DNA of 64,000 bases, from assembly GCA_009103225.1 (NCBI GenBank), contig RHPI01003156.1, forward strand, positions 678,159 to 742,158. The letters are read 5' to 3'. The notes under the pieces are model-generated. The model was not told the origin of the DNA. It was given only the letters and a program-made list of their open reading frames with translations, and searched no databases. A program made the translations under genes and the position numbers. Each line of letters begins with the position of its first letter. Position 1 is the stretch's first letter. The DNA comes from Chlorokybus atmophyticus. Its lineage: Eukaryota > Plantae > Mesostigma and Chlorokybus algae. Shown here in pieces: positions 25,079 through 38,370 of this stretch.

Positions 25079-28000
25079 NNNNNNNNNNNNNNNNNNNNNN
25101 NNNNNNNNNNNNNNNNNNNNNNNNNNNNNNNNNNNNNNNNNNNNNNNNNNNNNNNNNNNNNNNNNNNNNNNNNNNNNNNNNNNTCCCCCCCCCCCCCCCC
25201 CATTCCCTTCCCGCTCTATGTGTCCCACTGTGTGAAATCTCTCCTTCAACACCATACTTCATGCCCCTGTTGTAACAAAACCCTCTACTAAACACCCCCC
25301 CGCCCCCTTTCTCACCCTGTTAATTCTCCCCTGTTAACCTCTTCCTGTTTGTCCCCAGACGCCTTCCAGGTCCTTTCCATCTCCCGCCCCTCCCCCTCCC
25401 CCTTCGCCGACGCCCTCTTCAACGACACCGCGCTGAGGGGACCGGTGGGAGGGATGGAGGTGGTGGTAGAGGGGACGAGGTTCAGGGAGGAGAGCTTCAC
25501 GGCGACGATGGATAAGAGAAGGGTATGTGGGGGTGGATGGGTGGGTATTGTTGGGTGGGGGATGTTGGGGTGTGTGTGCGTGCACGTATGCGCACAAACA
25601 TCAACACGCACATGTGAAATCTACGTGCGCGCGTGCGCGTGCGTGTGCTTATGTGCCTGTGTGTACATGTAAATTACTGTATGGGTGGAATGTCAAGGCC
25701 TTGTATCGCAGATTGACAGTCAAGTGGTGGACTCTGAGACGGCCCGTGTTTGGATCCCTTCATCAAGAATAGCCAAGACCGCCTTGCTGGAGATCTCCGA
25801 CGGCACGGACGACAACCTCTACTCCGCCACCTTCACCTACGAATGTACGTGTACACGCTTGTGGCCATGCTTCTGTTAGTCAGTAGCATGTGGGTTTGAG
25901 GACGAACACCTTTCCCTTCTCAGACGTGTTGGGTACCGAGTTCAACTCCTCCCTCCTCGCCTTCTACTCCTTCTCCGGCGACCTCAAGTCCGGTCTCAAC
26001 CGGTCTCTCGATGACCGCGAGGGACGCATACCCTCGTCGTACGGACACTACGGACCCAACTACAGCCCGGATCGGAATGGGGTGCCGGACCGAGCGCTGA
26101 TGTTTGCGAGGGGAGAAAGAGTGGAGATGCCGGCCATGCTGGGACAGGTGGGTGGGATGGGTGGGTGGGTGGGTGGGTGGATTTTTATGTGTGTGCGCGT
26201 GCATCTCGTTACCTGTAAAGTGATGTTGTTCTCTGACTTCGTTCGTCTTCGGACATACAGAACTCTTCGTGGACGCTGTGCATGTGGGCATATATTCGCA
26301 GCGGGTCCAATGTGTTGTTTGCCGAGCAGGTGAGCATACCACACTCACAACACATACGCACAACGCTACCAGTGCTTGCATGTAGCAAGTCCCACAACAC
26401 CCACACTCCTCTCCATCACAGGATCACAGCAAGAACCACCGCGTGAACGTCATCTCCATCCTCGACGCGGGTGCTCCCGAGGGCATTATCGAGCTTGACG
26501 GCGTTCCCGTTGGCAACATCACTCTCAACACGTGGCAGTTCATCTGCGTGTCGAGGACAGACTCAACTATCCGTCTCTACGCGCACGGCGACTTGATCGC
26601 TAGCGTGCCTGCGAATATGGATGAGGAGTTGATGAATGTGGTCGCGGAGAAGAGTATGCTGGGAGTGGGACTCGTCGGACAAGTGGATGATGTGTGGGCG
26701 TGGAACAGAGCGCTGAAGGACTATGAAGTCAATGGACTGTATCATACGGAGGGTGAGTTGAGGTGATGTACATATGTGCGTGCGTGCGTACGCACGTATG
26801 GGTGTGGGCGTCGGCGTTGGCGTGTGTTTGGATCTGTGTATGTGTGTGTGGGGAACCAAGCTGCTGACGACATGTCAACAGAGTATGCGGTGGAGTTGGA
26901 TGGTGTTAGCGGCCACTTTGAGGTGTACAGCTCCAGTTCTCAGTCAGTCCTCGACTCCGCTGCCTGGCGCCCAAACTCACGGGTACCCTTTTCCACTCCC
27001 CCCCCCCNNNNNNNNNNNNNNNNNNNNNNNNNNNNNNNNNNNNNNNNNNNNNNNNNNNNNNNNNNNNNNNNNNNNNNNNNNNNNNNNNNNNNNNNNNNNN
27101 NNNNNNNNNNNNNNNNNNNNNNNNNNNNNNNNNNNNNNNNNNNNNNNNNNNNNNNNNNNNNNNNNNNNNNNNNNNNNNNNCCCGCTCACCCTTCTCCTCC
27201 CCCCCTTCTTAGATCACCGTCGAAGCCTGGATCAACCCCGCCATCATCACCGGCACGCACGTCATCCTCGACCAGCCCGTCGCCTCCGGACTCGCGAGCG
27301 GCGTGACTTTGTCTATAGTCAACGGTGGTAAGGTGCGCTTCTCGGTCGTGACCAACAGCGCCCAGACGCAGTACCGCACGGCCACAACGGACGCGGTTGT
27401 GGTTGAAGTAGGGACGTGGGCCAAAATCAGCGCCGTGTATGATACGACAAGCATCACCATCTATGTCGACGGCGTCGTGCAGGTACGGGAGTGAGTCAAC
27501 GAGTGCTTGCGGTGTTGGTTGCGTGTGCACGTGCACTCACTGATAAGTATGTCAGCATGCGTGCGAGGGAGCAAGCGAGTGCATACAATGGTTTTTTATA
27601 GAAAAGCACTGAGCACCACCAAATGCATGCCCAGCATTTGTGTGCACACGACGTTGATGACCACTGTTGTATGCACAGTTGGTTGGTGGAGGCCTTAACT
27701 CGGTGAAGTTCTACACCGTGGCGCCCACTCTCTCCCCCCTACCGATCGAGTTGAGCACGCAGCCGATGCGCCTGGGCAAGAGCGCCGCGGGCGTGGGTGA
27801 CGGGTTCGTCGGCCGGCTGGGCGAGGTCCGCCTCTGGTCGCGAGCACTCTCCACTGCCGATGTCGCCAACATGTGTCCCCTTGCTGGAACTGAGACGGAC
27901 CTGTTTGCTTTGATACGGATGGATGATGGCATGGGCAACAACTACGCTGATGGCAACTCCCAAGGTGAGAGACACACGTACACGCACACAGCCGGGCACG

Positions 28001-31000
28001 CATACGCGCAAGCACACATACACACAACGTGCATGGGTGTGTGGGTGGTGTTTGGGTATGTGGGTGCGTGTGGGCACACACGCATCCACATACGCACATT
28101 TACACACGTAGACGTTTGCTCAACAAATGAACACACGCAAGCAGCAACTGACATCCCTGCTGCGACAGGTGTCTACCTCTGGTTCATCTCTGACCTCCTC
28201 CCGTTCTGGGTCCGCTCTTCTTACTACTCCACCTCGCTCTCCCTCCCGCACTCCACCGTGGACGGTCCCGGCGTCACTGCCGCCAATTCCTCCGTCCCCG
28301 CTTGGTTCGTCGCTCAGACGCGCGGCGAGTGCGGGAAGCTGCGCAAGGAGGGGGGAGATGACCTCCAGGTGGTGCTCGTGGGGCCGTTGGATAGGCATAT
28401 GTACGTTGTGGAAGGGGAGATTGAGGATAATGGAGATGGGACGTATGTTGGGGAGTATGTGCATCATGCGTGCGGACACTACGCTCTGCGCGTCGAAGGG
28501 AAAGAGGTTAGTCAAGTCAGTTGGTTGAGTGGGGGTCAAGGAATTGAGGGCCGCTTTTAGCGTAAATTGAGTTAACTGAGCTCTTTGTCTCACCTTATAC
28601 AGGTTCCGTTTGAGGATCAAAGTGGGCTTCTGATTCGAAGCCAGTCGGCGTACTTCTTCAGCGGGTCTCCGTACAAGGTGTACATCTATCCCGGGTTGAC
28701 CGAAGCCGCCCACACCTTCGCTTATGACGACGAGGACCTCCTCGACAACGACGACCTGGAGACCGCCTACGCGGGGGTGCCCGCCTCGTTCATCGTGCAG
28801 GCGGTGGACAAGTGGGGTTGCGCGCGGATGTCCGGCGGGGACAGCATCGAGGCCATGTTGGAAGGACCATACAACAGTCCCATCCGCGCATCCGTGACGG
28901 ACCTAAGAGATGGACGCTACCTCGTGACATACACGCCCGTTGTACCTGGACCCCACGTACTCAGCGTCACGCTCAACGGCACCGAACACATAGGGACCAA
29001 CAACACGTTCACGCCACGGGAGAAGTGCGGCACCGCCTTTGGAGATGACGGACCGGGAAGCCCGTGGTGCATTCAAGTCAGCGCAGGTACAAACCCACAC
29101 TGCACACATACCCACATACTTCACAAGATCACAGGATATCCACTCACAGCACGAACAATGTGGGCATCTTGTGTGCGACACACACGTGCCCGTGTTACTC
29201 ACTCTCTGTTGTGTTCTAGTTCCTGCAGCACTCCAGCTGGACAACACGGCGAGCGAGGCTTACGTTGAGGTGGACCATGCTGACCCGCTATCCCTCTCCT
29301 CCCCTCCCGATGGCTTCACGCTCGAGGCGTGGGTGAAGCCCCTCGCGGGTGTTAGTGTGGCCACACGCCAGAACATACTCAGCAAAGAGAGCGAGCGCAG
29401 CGGCCATGGCTACTGGTTCGCTTTGGGTTATGTGAATGACACTGCGAGGAACATCTCCGCTGGGTTTTATATCGGCTCGGATACGTATCGGACAATAGAG
29501 AGCGAGTCCACTATCCCCGTCGACGAGTGGACACACGTTGCCGTCACATACACAAAAAAGGTTCTCAGGCTGCTTGTTAACGGAGATACGGTTAAGACCG
29601 AGTCGTGGGGAGGCGCCTCCTCGGTTAGAGAGAACAGTCAGCCTCTCACTATCGGGTGGGGTTTCAACGGTGTCATCGATGAGGTGAAGATTTCTCCTCG
29701 TGTCAAGAGTGAGGAGGACATCATGAACACTATGCATTGTCCCGCCGACTCATCTGTCATAGCGTACTGGGCGTTCAATGAGCAGGAGGGCTTAACCGTA
29801 TACGACGCATCAGACAACGCTTTTGAGGGCAGATTGGTTAACTCTCCCCAAGCTCAGTTAGTTGCCAACCAGGGTGCGAGTACTAATGCCGGTCAGTTAG
29901 AAGGTCCCGCAAGCAGTGTGATGGGTCCTTTTGACCCAACTGTGGGTATCAAATCCAACCTCAACATCACTCTCGTCGACAAGTGCGGCTTGCCCTTCGG
30001 CCTGACCTCCGAGACCGATATCGCCGCGACGGTGTCTTACCTAGACACCGAGCGCCGGGTCGATATCGGCTCCACGTTCCCGAACCTGGTCGCAACCCTA
30101 ATCCAACCCGTGGATATCACCGTATCACCTGACCACCCGGGATGCGGCCTCGTGGGTGAGATATCGGCCTCGTTCACCCCGGCTGCGTGCGGTGCAGCCA
30201 CTGTTGATGTCACTGTGGGTGGAGAGTATATCGGCAGCTCGCCGATATCTGTCAAGGTGGATCCTGGTTTGCTAACTAATTGGGAGCAAACTACAGTTAC
30301 GGGCCTGCGCGATGCAGTGACTGGATTGGAAAGTACTTTTGTGATTGAGGCGAGGGATAAGAGCGGGTGCTTGAGGCCAGATGGATATGATGAGTTTGTT
30401 GTACTTGTCACGCGCACGGCGGTGGATGTCAACGGCACTGAGTCCGATGAAGAACTCACCGGTTCCGATGCAGGTACATAGTGTGTGTGTGTGCATCTCT
30501 GGCACTTGCGCATGCATACGTGCGTGCATATGTGTCTACGTGCGTGCTTGTGCGTGCATACAAGCGCGGGCGTGCTTGTGCGCATGAAGTACACATTGCA
30601 TATAGTTCTTCAACATGATATGTTGCTACCTTTGCGTTACTGACTCTCCACCACGTTCACAGTGTCCTACTGGGCCACCGTCCAGCCCTCCCGCAGCCCC
30701 CTCCACCGCGTTTCCCACACTCCTCCCTCTCCCGGCCTCTACTCCATCAACATCGGTCTCCGTTCCACCAACGGCAGCGTGGTCACTCCCATCACGGGGA
30801 GCCCCTTCACTATCGCGGTGGCCGCCCCAGAATGGCGGAGGTTAGAGACGATGAGAGAGGGTCCGGATGCGAGATATCAAGCGAGTGGGGTGGTGTATGG
30901 GGAGGACTTGTTCGTCGTGAGAGGGTGGGGAGGGGATAAGATGGCGAGGGGGGATACGTGGAGACACACGCTCAAGTGAGTGGTGGTTGGATGGCATTGG

Positions 31001-33566
31001 GAGTGGTGAAGTGTAGTTGCGAGGGGGAAATGAGTGATTGATTGATTGCTGATGGTGTGCAGGAGCAAGCATGCGTGGGCGTATCGGCGTATGATCGAGG
31101 TGACTGACTATGATGGTGACTATGCTGTCGGGGTGACCATTGATACGGTCCCGCTTGTGAGCGGGGGCAAGATGCGCACTGACTGCGCCGATGTCCGCTT
31201 CCAGGTTTGTGTTTGTTGTTGCATTGACAGGAGCGAACTTTGACCCGTGCAAATGCACGCACGCACAACACACAGGCAGAAACACACGCGTACACTTACA
31301 CGCACGCATGCACAAATGCACGCAGACTTCACAACACTGACACCCAACCTGTCTCCCACCTCCCCGCAGAACCCCTCAACGGGTGCCCACATCCCCCACT
31401 GGGTTTCTCCCTCGGGTCTCCCCGGCGGCTGCTCCTCCCCCTCCACCACCTTCTACCTCCGCGCTCCCCACTCTATCGACACCTCCACCGTCGTTGTGGA
31501 GATGCTTTACGGCAACGAGGGCGTGAAGACTCCCCTCGCGGACGCGTCCACATTGTTTGAATTTTATGAGAGCTTCGATGGGAGTCTGGCCTCGAGGTGG
31601 GGGCCCGCGACGCAGGTGTGCGAGTTGGTGGAAAATAATGTCACGGCATTCGCGGTGGATAAGAGCTTCAGAGGGGAAGGGAAGGGGAGCTTGATGGTCG
31701 ACAACATCAACCACCCGGGTGAGTGACGCATGCATACACGTGCGCGTGCACACACACACAAAGCGCGTGTCAGCGTGTATATGCGTTTTTGTTTTTTGTG
31801 TATGTGACGCTCGCATGTTTTGCACTTGTATCGTTGCTTCTTATGTACTACCGCATACAAAAGCGAGCAAGTTGGCACCTCTAATTTAGTTCTTGGAATG
31901 TGCAGCTGGAGCGCTCGCAAGCATAGACTTCACTCCCTTGTCCTCCTACATCATCCGCGGCCACTTTTACGACTCGAACGCCCAATCCGCAAGCCACTGG
32001 ATCAGGTCAGTTGGTCAAATGAAGAGCATCATTACCCCCCGCACCACCACACACACACACAAACCCACACACCTCCTCTCTCACAGCCCCGACTACAACT
32101 GCGACCTCGGCGGTTCTTACGTGGACTTCCTCGCTGTCGGTCTCCAGACGGCCTCTTCCGCGACGCACTACTCGACCTTCAAGCCCGCGCTTGCCAGCAA
32201 TGCCGAGAGAGCGCCCGGGTGGCACGCGTTCGAGATACGGACGGACGAGGTGTCGGAGATTTACGTGGACGACGTGAGGGTCAGGACGACGCCACATGTT
32301 GGTAAGTGGGATGTGGGGAGTCTCTCTTGTGTTGGGCTATTGTTTTTGTAGTAGTTGTTGTTGGTGTTGGTGGTGGTATGCGAGCGAGCGAGCGTGCGTG
32401 CGTGCGCGGGAGCGCGTGTGTGTGTGTGCGTGCGTGCAGATCTCTCTGCTTACAGAAGTGATGTTGTGTGCCTGTGTAGGTGTGACGCAGCGGGTCCACA
32501 TTCGAGGGGGTGACTCCTGGACGCGGAGCGTTGCGTGGTGGGATGCGGTGTTCGTGACGAAATTCAGCAATGACACGGTTGTGTCTGTTGGTGAGGAGGA
32601 GGCTGTCATAAGCGCGCAGCACATGGCGTGGAGCAACACCGCCACGCATCACCTTCAACCCCCAACCCGCCACGCATCGGTATGTTGTGCGTGTGCGTGT
32701 GCGTGTGCATATGCGTGTGCGCGTGCGTGTGCAAATGTCACAAACACACAACATTCTTTCGCTTGCAGGCTGCTGTGCTCAACGGCAGCAACGTGTACCT
32801 CCTCGGCGGTTTTGACGCGCCCGCCGACCACCAAGTGTGGGCGTTGGACCTGGAGAGCAAGTACTGGAGTCAGCCTCAGGTGTGGGGCAGCTTGCGTCCG
32901 GCTGTAAGGCGTGACCACGCTGTCGCGCTAGACACCAACACCAGCGTGGCGTACGTGCTCTTCGGCCGCACCGCCGACGGGCAGGGCTTCGACGACGTGT
33001 GGGCCTTCCACATAAACGACGGCTACTGGTCCCGTGTGGACATTGCCACAACCTCCCCACCCCCGCGCTTCGGACACGCCGCGCATGTGTACAACAACCG
33101 CGTGTACGTATTCGGCGGGTACGTGTTCGGCGTGGCGCCCACAGATGAAGTGTGGGTCCTGGACTTAGCCACATACGCATGGACTGTTATGGAGTCCTCT
33201 GGCCCGTCCCCACACTACTTCGCCTCCACCGCACTCGACGCCAACACCGGCAGCGTGTATGTTCACGGCGGGTTGGGCGAAGACAGCATGCCTATGGCTG
33301 ACCTGTGGAAGTATCAACTTGAAACCAACACCTGGACTGAGGTGAGCAATTGTGTGTTGTGTGTTTTGTGTGAGATGCATACTGATTGTGTACGTGTGTA
33401 TGTAGTCGCTGATAACAACCTATGTTGGCAGGTGGCGCAAAGTGCCATCAGTCCAGGCCTCCTCGATTCCGCGACTATGGTGGTTTACGGTCAGAAGCTG
33501 TTTATCTTTGGCGGGCATGGCAACAACACGTACTCGCAAGACCTGTGGAGCGTCTCCATATACTGA
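24531..33566 (+). CDS. Giant secreted multidomain protein: signal peptide, ~3 LamG/concanavalin-like domains, ~4 filamin-type Ig repeats, Kelch blade, DUF2341-like domain, C-terminal Kelch repeats
   Basis: Exon 1 reads MELAMGRRSSSVAMLALRAIVCATLLVSFTG|gtgagt. LamG motifs: WTLCMW, TVEAWINP, FTLEAWVKP, WTHVAVTY, FNGVIDEV. Filamin motifs: EDNGDGTYVGEY, VTDLRDGRYLVTYTP, GSPFTIAV. DUF2341-like: WAYRRMIEV..DY.V...DT..LVSGGKMRTDCADVRF...MLYGNE...LFEFYESFDG. Kelch: VYLLGG, VLFG, VYVFGG, VYVHGG, LFIFGG. Stop TGA at 33564-33566. Two gaps (~25079-25183, ~27008-27180) hide parts of the gene. Confidence 0.85.
24985..25200. other. Poly-C tract and assembly gap
   Basis: Long C homopolymer adjoining an N run. 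Confidence 0.9.
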
Positions 33567-34151
33567 GTGTATCTTTGTCTCACTCAGTAGCTCATGACGC
33601 TATAGGGTTGGTCAGTCGTATGAGCCGTATTGTCGTGGTACTGTGATATCAGCAGCATGTGTACATTGCACACCTGTGATTTATCCATTCAACTCTTACA
33701 ATAACGCTGCAGTGTGGATTATGCTGGCGGGTTTGCTAGTTAGTGTACGCCAAGTAGCAGCGTTTGCCATTGCTCAAACAGACGATTCTTGTGCATTATT
33801 GCTGAGGCTCTGTAGACAAATTTGCATGGCATGTACTTCACCACAAGTGTCGGTGGTCCACAACCAATCAAAATCCAAGTCAACACATGCATTGCATGCA
33901 GAGCTGGCACAAGCTTGCATACATACCAGCGCGCATGCCTACACTCCGATCTGCATTCAGCTAGTAACCACTCATTACTCAACTCAAGGCAGTTGGCCCT
34001 TTCAGCATGTGAACAACGCAGTCGTACATGCACACACAACATAGATTCATAGCTAGACTCACACAGCTTTCAGCAATACGCACAGGCAATAGCCGCACCA
34101 TCACCAAAACTATAGTCACACTCCCACCACACAATCGCGCGCGCACGCATG

Positions 34152-35542
34152 TCACAGGTCAGAGTGTGATCCCGTGTTGTTCTCGTACTCGAGCGCGGCA
34201 GCAGTGGTGGCGTCGTCGAGGGGGTCGTGAGGCGGCGGTTGCGATTGTGATAGCCGCTGGATGAGAGCGTGCGTGCTCACGCGCAGCTCTGACACCGACG
34301 CAGGCGTCACCAGCCGCTCAATGAACTCGGGAAGGGGAGGAGGCGGGGCGGATGACGCTTCCTGCTGTGCGCCTGTTGACTGCGTGCTTGAAGCTGAGGG
34401 GGTTGACGCCTGTCCACCCTGTGATAGTCAATGGCACTTGAGCTCCACAACCGCTTCGTACATGTGTGCGCTCTTGTAGAGATGAGTCGTATAATGCACT
34501 GAGTGAATGCGTATGCTTCTGAGAGTATGGCTATGCTGCTACACTCTCTGCACACTCACAACTATGGGTGGAGGCTTCATGGCTGTGTGGCTACCACATT
34601 GCACGTGAGATTGCACACGAGTGATGAAGCACATCAAGCCACTGACCTGCGACTGTGCTTGGCGTGCCCTGTGATTCTGCATCATCTGGTAGTGCATGCA
34701 AGCCGCATCTGCAATTGCAAGCACATACACCCCGCAATCGACGGAGTTGATCTGCTGCGGCGTGTGTTGACGGCGATGCAGCGGCGGAGACGATGCACCC
34801 AAATACGGCGCAACCGCATCTGCAAGCTGTCGAAAGAGCATTCTTTTCACACATTGTGCTATGCATGCAGTCCGCTTATGGGCTGATCTGTTCTGTGTCA
34901 CTCACTTCGCGAGCTGAAGGTTCATTGGCGTCACCGAGGGAGTCGTAGTACTCAAACACATTGGCTTCTCTGTCGTATATCAGCGTGGACCAGTGCGATC
35001 CACCCTCAGCAGCCTCCACATCCGGGTTGTTGCAAACGGGGAGAACAATCAGCGCGCGTCGGGTGAGCTCGAGGGGCTCAAGTGTGCTCTTTGCGTCTTC
35101 CTCATCGGGACAGTGAGCCACCCAATAAGCCACTGAAGGAGACACTAGCAGCACCTCTTCTAGCCCCTGTGGCAGAGCAGCAGCTGTAGTGAGACTTTGT
35201 ACATACCAGGCTGCACACATGCTCTGGCACAAGGCTTTTGAGCAGTGCGCAATCGTAGCAGCCAGTACTTCAGCTTGCGCACTGAGTAGTCCAGTGTTCA
35301 CTCACAAACATAGGTGCTATTCTGCTTGCATACAAGCGGAGCAACAAAGCCAATCAAACACATGTAGCGCCTGCCTGTTGGCTGTGTAATTGGCTCACCT
35401 GAAACCTTTCCCGCCTGCAGTACTCAAAGTAGAACTCAATGACGGCGTCATTGAGCCAGTCGTCCGTTTTCAGCAGCTCCACATCGCTGTCGTTCAGCAC
35501 CGCATCGCCATAGTTGAGCACACGCTTCGGTTTGGAGCTCAT
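34152..35542 (-). CDS. SENP8: NEDD8-specific protease (SENP8/NEDP1/DEN1, Ulp1/C48 family)
   Basis: MSSKPKRVLNYGDAVL..SDVELLK...WLNDAVIEFYFEY; LPVCNNPDVEAAEGGSHWSTLIY (catalytic His); FEYYDSLG; QQINSVDCGVYVL (catalytic Cys); C-terminal VTPASVSELR; TGA at 34152. Confidence 0.93.
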
Positions 35543-38370
35543 ACTTGTGCGTGCTGTACTCGTGCGTGCTCTGCACCAGACGCATACACAAGCTGAGAAG
35601 CCAGCGAGGAACCTGGGTTCAACAGCGTGCTGCCTGCAGTGAGCGCAATGTCAGTGGTGGTCCGAGCCAGTTGTGCTCTTTCGGTACAGCAGTATTGGGC
35701 TGGACAGCATTTAATACATAAGCCTGAAGCTCAAGCTCTTCCCAGCAAACTCAGTGCTATGCATACTCTGTTTCACATTGTCAAGCTGCGCAAAAGCAAG
35801 TTCCTCTGCATAGGTAAACGACGGGACCTCCGACAACGGTGGTTTGCCTCCATTTGGGTTCCAACACGGACAACAGCTCACACCAGCATGTCAACACTCA
35901 AAAGCTCAAATGTAATGCTCACACAACAATGCAGGCAGCTACTTGACAGTAGCGTGAACTCAACGCTGAAAGCTAACAACAAATAAACTGCAACTCAGCA
36001 GCCACAGGCATTACCTCCTGCGGCCCAAGGCTTGCTCCTCCGCTTCTCAACAGCACCGGATCACTCCTGCGCCAATCTTAGCTGCTCTCTTCAACTTCCA
36101 AGCGACAATACCAACGACGACATCAAGCTGGCCCCACACTTTAGCTTGAAGTAATGCACAAGCAGCCTCCCCACAATTGAACTCCCCAATGCGCTCAGCT
36201 TTCTACTAGGCAGCCTACTGGCACACTCAGCCCTTCACAACAGCCGAGCATGAAGCGACAGCTTGCACCTGAGCGCAAGTTCAAGTACAACCGCTGCCAA
36301 GTTGCTGTGAGGCAAGGGCCTGCATACAAACACTGCCAGCTGGCAGTGGTGCCTATCCGATGCCAGCTGGCACTCCCTGAACCAAGAAGATAATCTCGAC
36401 GCCGTCTGCCGGGAAAATGGAAAATGGCGGAACACAAAAAGGGCATTATCCGAATCAAGACGGAGGCGACGGACGGGCACGAACAATCGACCTAACGTGA
36501 GCGTGAGCTAGGCCGCTAGTGGGCGCGTCGCACGTTCACTTTAGTTATGAAGTCGGATAAGACAACACCCGAACCGTTCAAAGTACAATCATTGGCTCTA
36601 GATATTGAGCGTGTGATGGAGATCTAACGTGAAGAGATCTAACGTCAGCACGGAATTGCAATTGCCCATTGGTTCGGCAGGACTGGACCGGAGGGATTTT
36701 GAGCATTTTGTGGGTGTTGTGTTTTGGGGGTGTTTTCCATGCGAGTGTGTGCGTACGGCGTTCGGGCAAAGTTGCTGAGGTCCGTACGACTGAGTCGTGA
36801 CTTGAAGCGGCAGGCATGAACTCACCGCCCCCTGTTACAAACCCCTGGCATAATTCAATCCCCTCTATCCCCTCCCTCCTCCCCCCCCCTCCCCCCCCTT
36901 TAGCTTTGTCAACTTGTGAAGCGGCCCACTTCAAGTGGGTGCTTTGTTGGTGAAAGAGGGTTGACAGTTGCAAGCGGCATAATATGTTGATCGCGCCCAT
37001 TGCTTGAATTATGCACGTACATGGTATGACTTTTCACACAATTGTGTTGTATTTTTGCGTAAACTTGTCATGAAGTCCTGAACAGCAAGTGCTATGTATG
37101 CTATTTTACTTCGTAAGAGCTGATGGCCTGGCATGCTTGCATTCATGCCATACATGTAAGCCCATGATGTGTTTATGTAGTATTTTTGTCTTAAAATTTA
37201 ACTGCTTACTTATTTGTTGAACAACCCTTTCTTTGTATTCAGCTTTTTTCGTTGATCGTAGCCCTTCAATAATTTTTACTTCTCGCTCTAGCAATTGTCA
37301 TCGGTTTGCTTGGCATAACTAACCGCAGTTATGCCAAGTAATTTGTGAATACAATCGATGCAATTAACATAGGTTGTTGAAACAATTAATAGCACGATGC
37401 TATCAATTATATCGTGCCAACAATCAACAATAATATCATTATTTTGACATCAGCTTGATGCTTACAATTGCCATGCTACCCCCCCCTCCCCCCCGCCCCT
37501 CTACTGTTTTAAAACATGAATGAGCACTGTATGCAACATGTGGCCCACACTTCTCATTATGCATTCTCAATATGCAAATCCACATTACCCAAACCTCTTG
37601 CGACGATATTATCCTAACCTCCTACGTCTTGCATGCGCTGCCTTCACTTGTTCTGCAATCATGCACTCCATTCAGAATAAGCATACAATTCAATATGTTA
37701 CCCGTAACAAGCAACAAAGAAAGCTATGGCATGTCACGCGACAAACACTAAAACTTTACAATGATTATCAATCACTTGCAAACAAGATATTTCTTGCTAC
37801 ATCATGATACACATAGCACAATTTGCTTGCATTGTTTGTTTGCAAGCACATCTACCCACAGAGCGTGCTTCGCGCAGCTTTGATGTCTGCTATGTCTGTC
37901 CGAATGATTCTGTTAAGTACTTTGAGGTACACAGCAGTAACCTACCCCTTCATGGCTTTGGTGCTTATCTGAAGTAATCACCGCACTTAGAGCTACCATG
38001 CTCATGAAGCATGCATTCAGCCTGGTACAGTGTATTACCTGCCGCTGCTTGGACTTTTGAATCCCCTTGCCCCGCCCGGTTTCCAGTCGTGCCGACCCAA
38101 TCGGCTGCCGTTAGATCTCTTGCCATCTAGATCTGTTGCCGTTGGATCTGCATGGGATGGGATCAGCATGTGCCATGGGCTCAGCGCGAGGTCCTCTTGC
38201 TTGCTTGGCAGGTCTCTCCCTTCCAGCTGTGTGCTTGCTGTGCTGCAAATCATCCTCTCAGCTCAGTGCTTTCAGTTCAGTCTCTCTACTCTACTCTACC
38301 AGGCCAAGCTGCAGCGCAACACTCTACGGTAGAGGCTCTACCGCCCGCCCGCCAGAGCTCCTCTGCCTCG

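Noticed and set aside
24985-27190. Long poly-C tracts as functional G-quadruplex or Gly-rich coding
   Set aside because: They adjoin assembly gaps, so their lengths are unreliable and likely reflect sequencing dropout.
36000-36170. ITPAPILAALFNF resembling the Ty3/gypsy RT-RNaseH junction
   Set aside because: Only a few residues match, with no downstream DAS motif or other pol domains.
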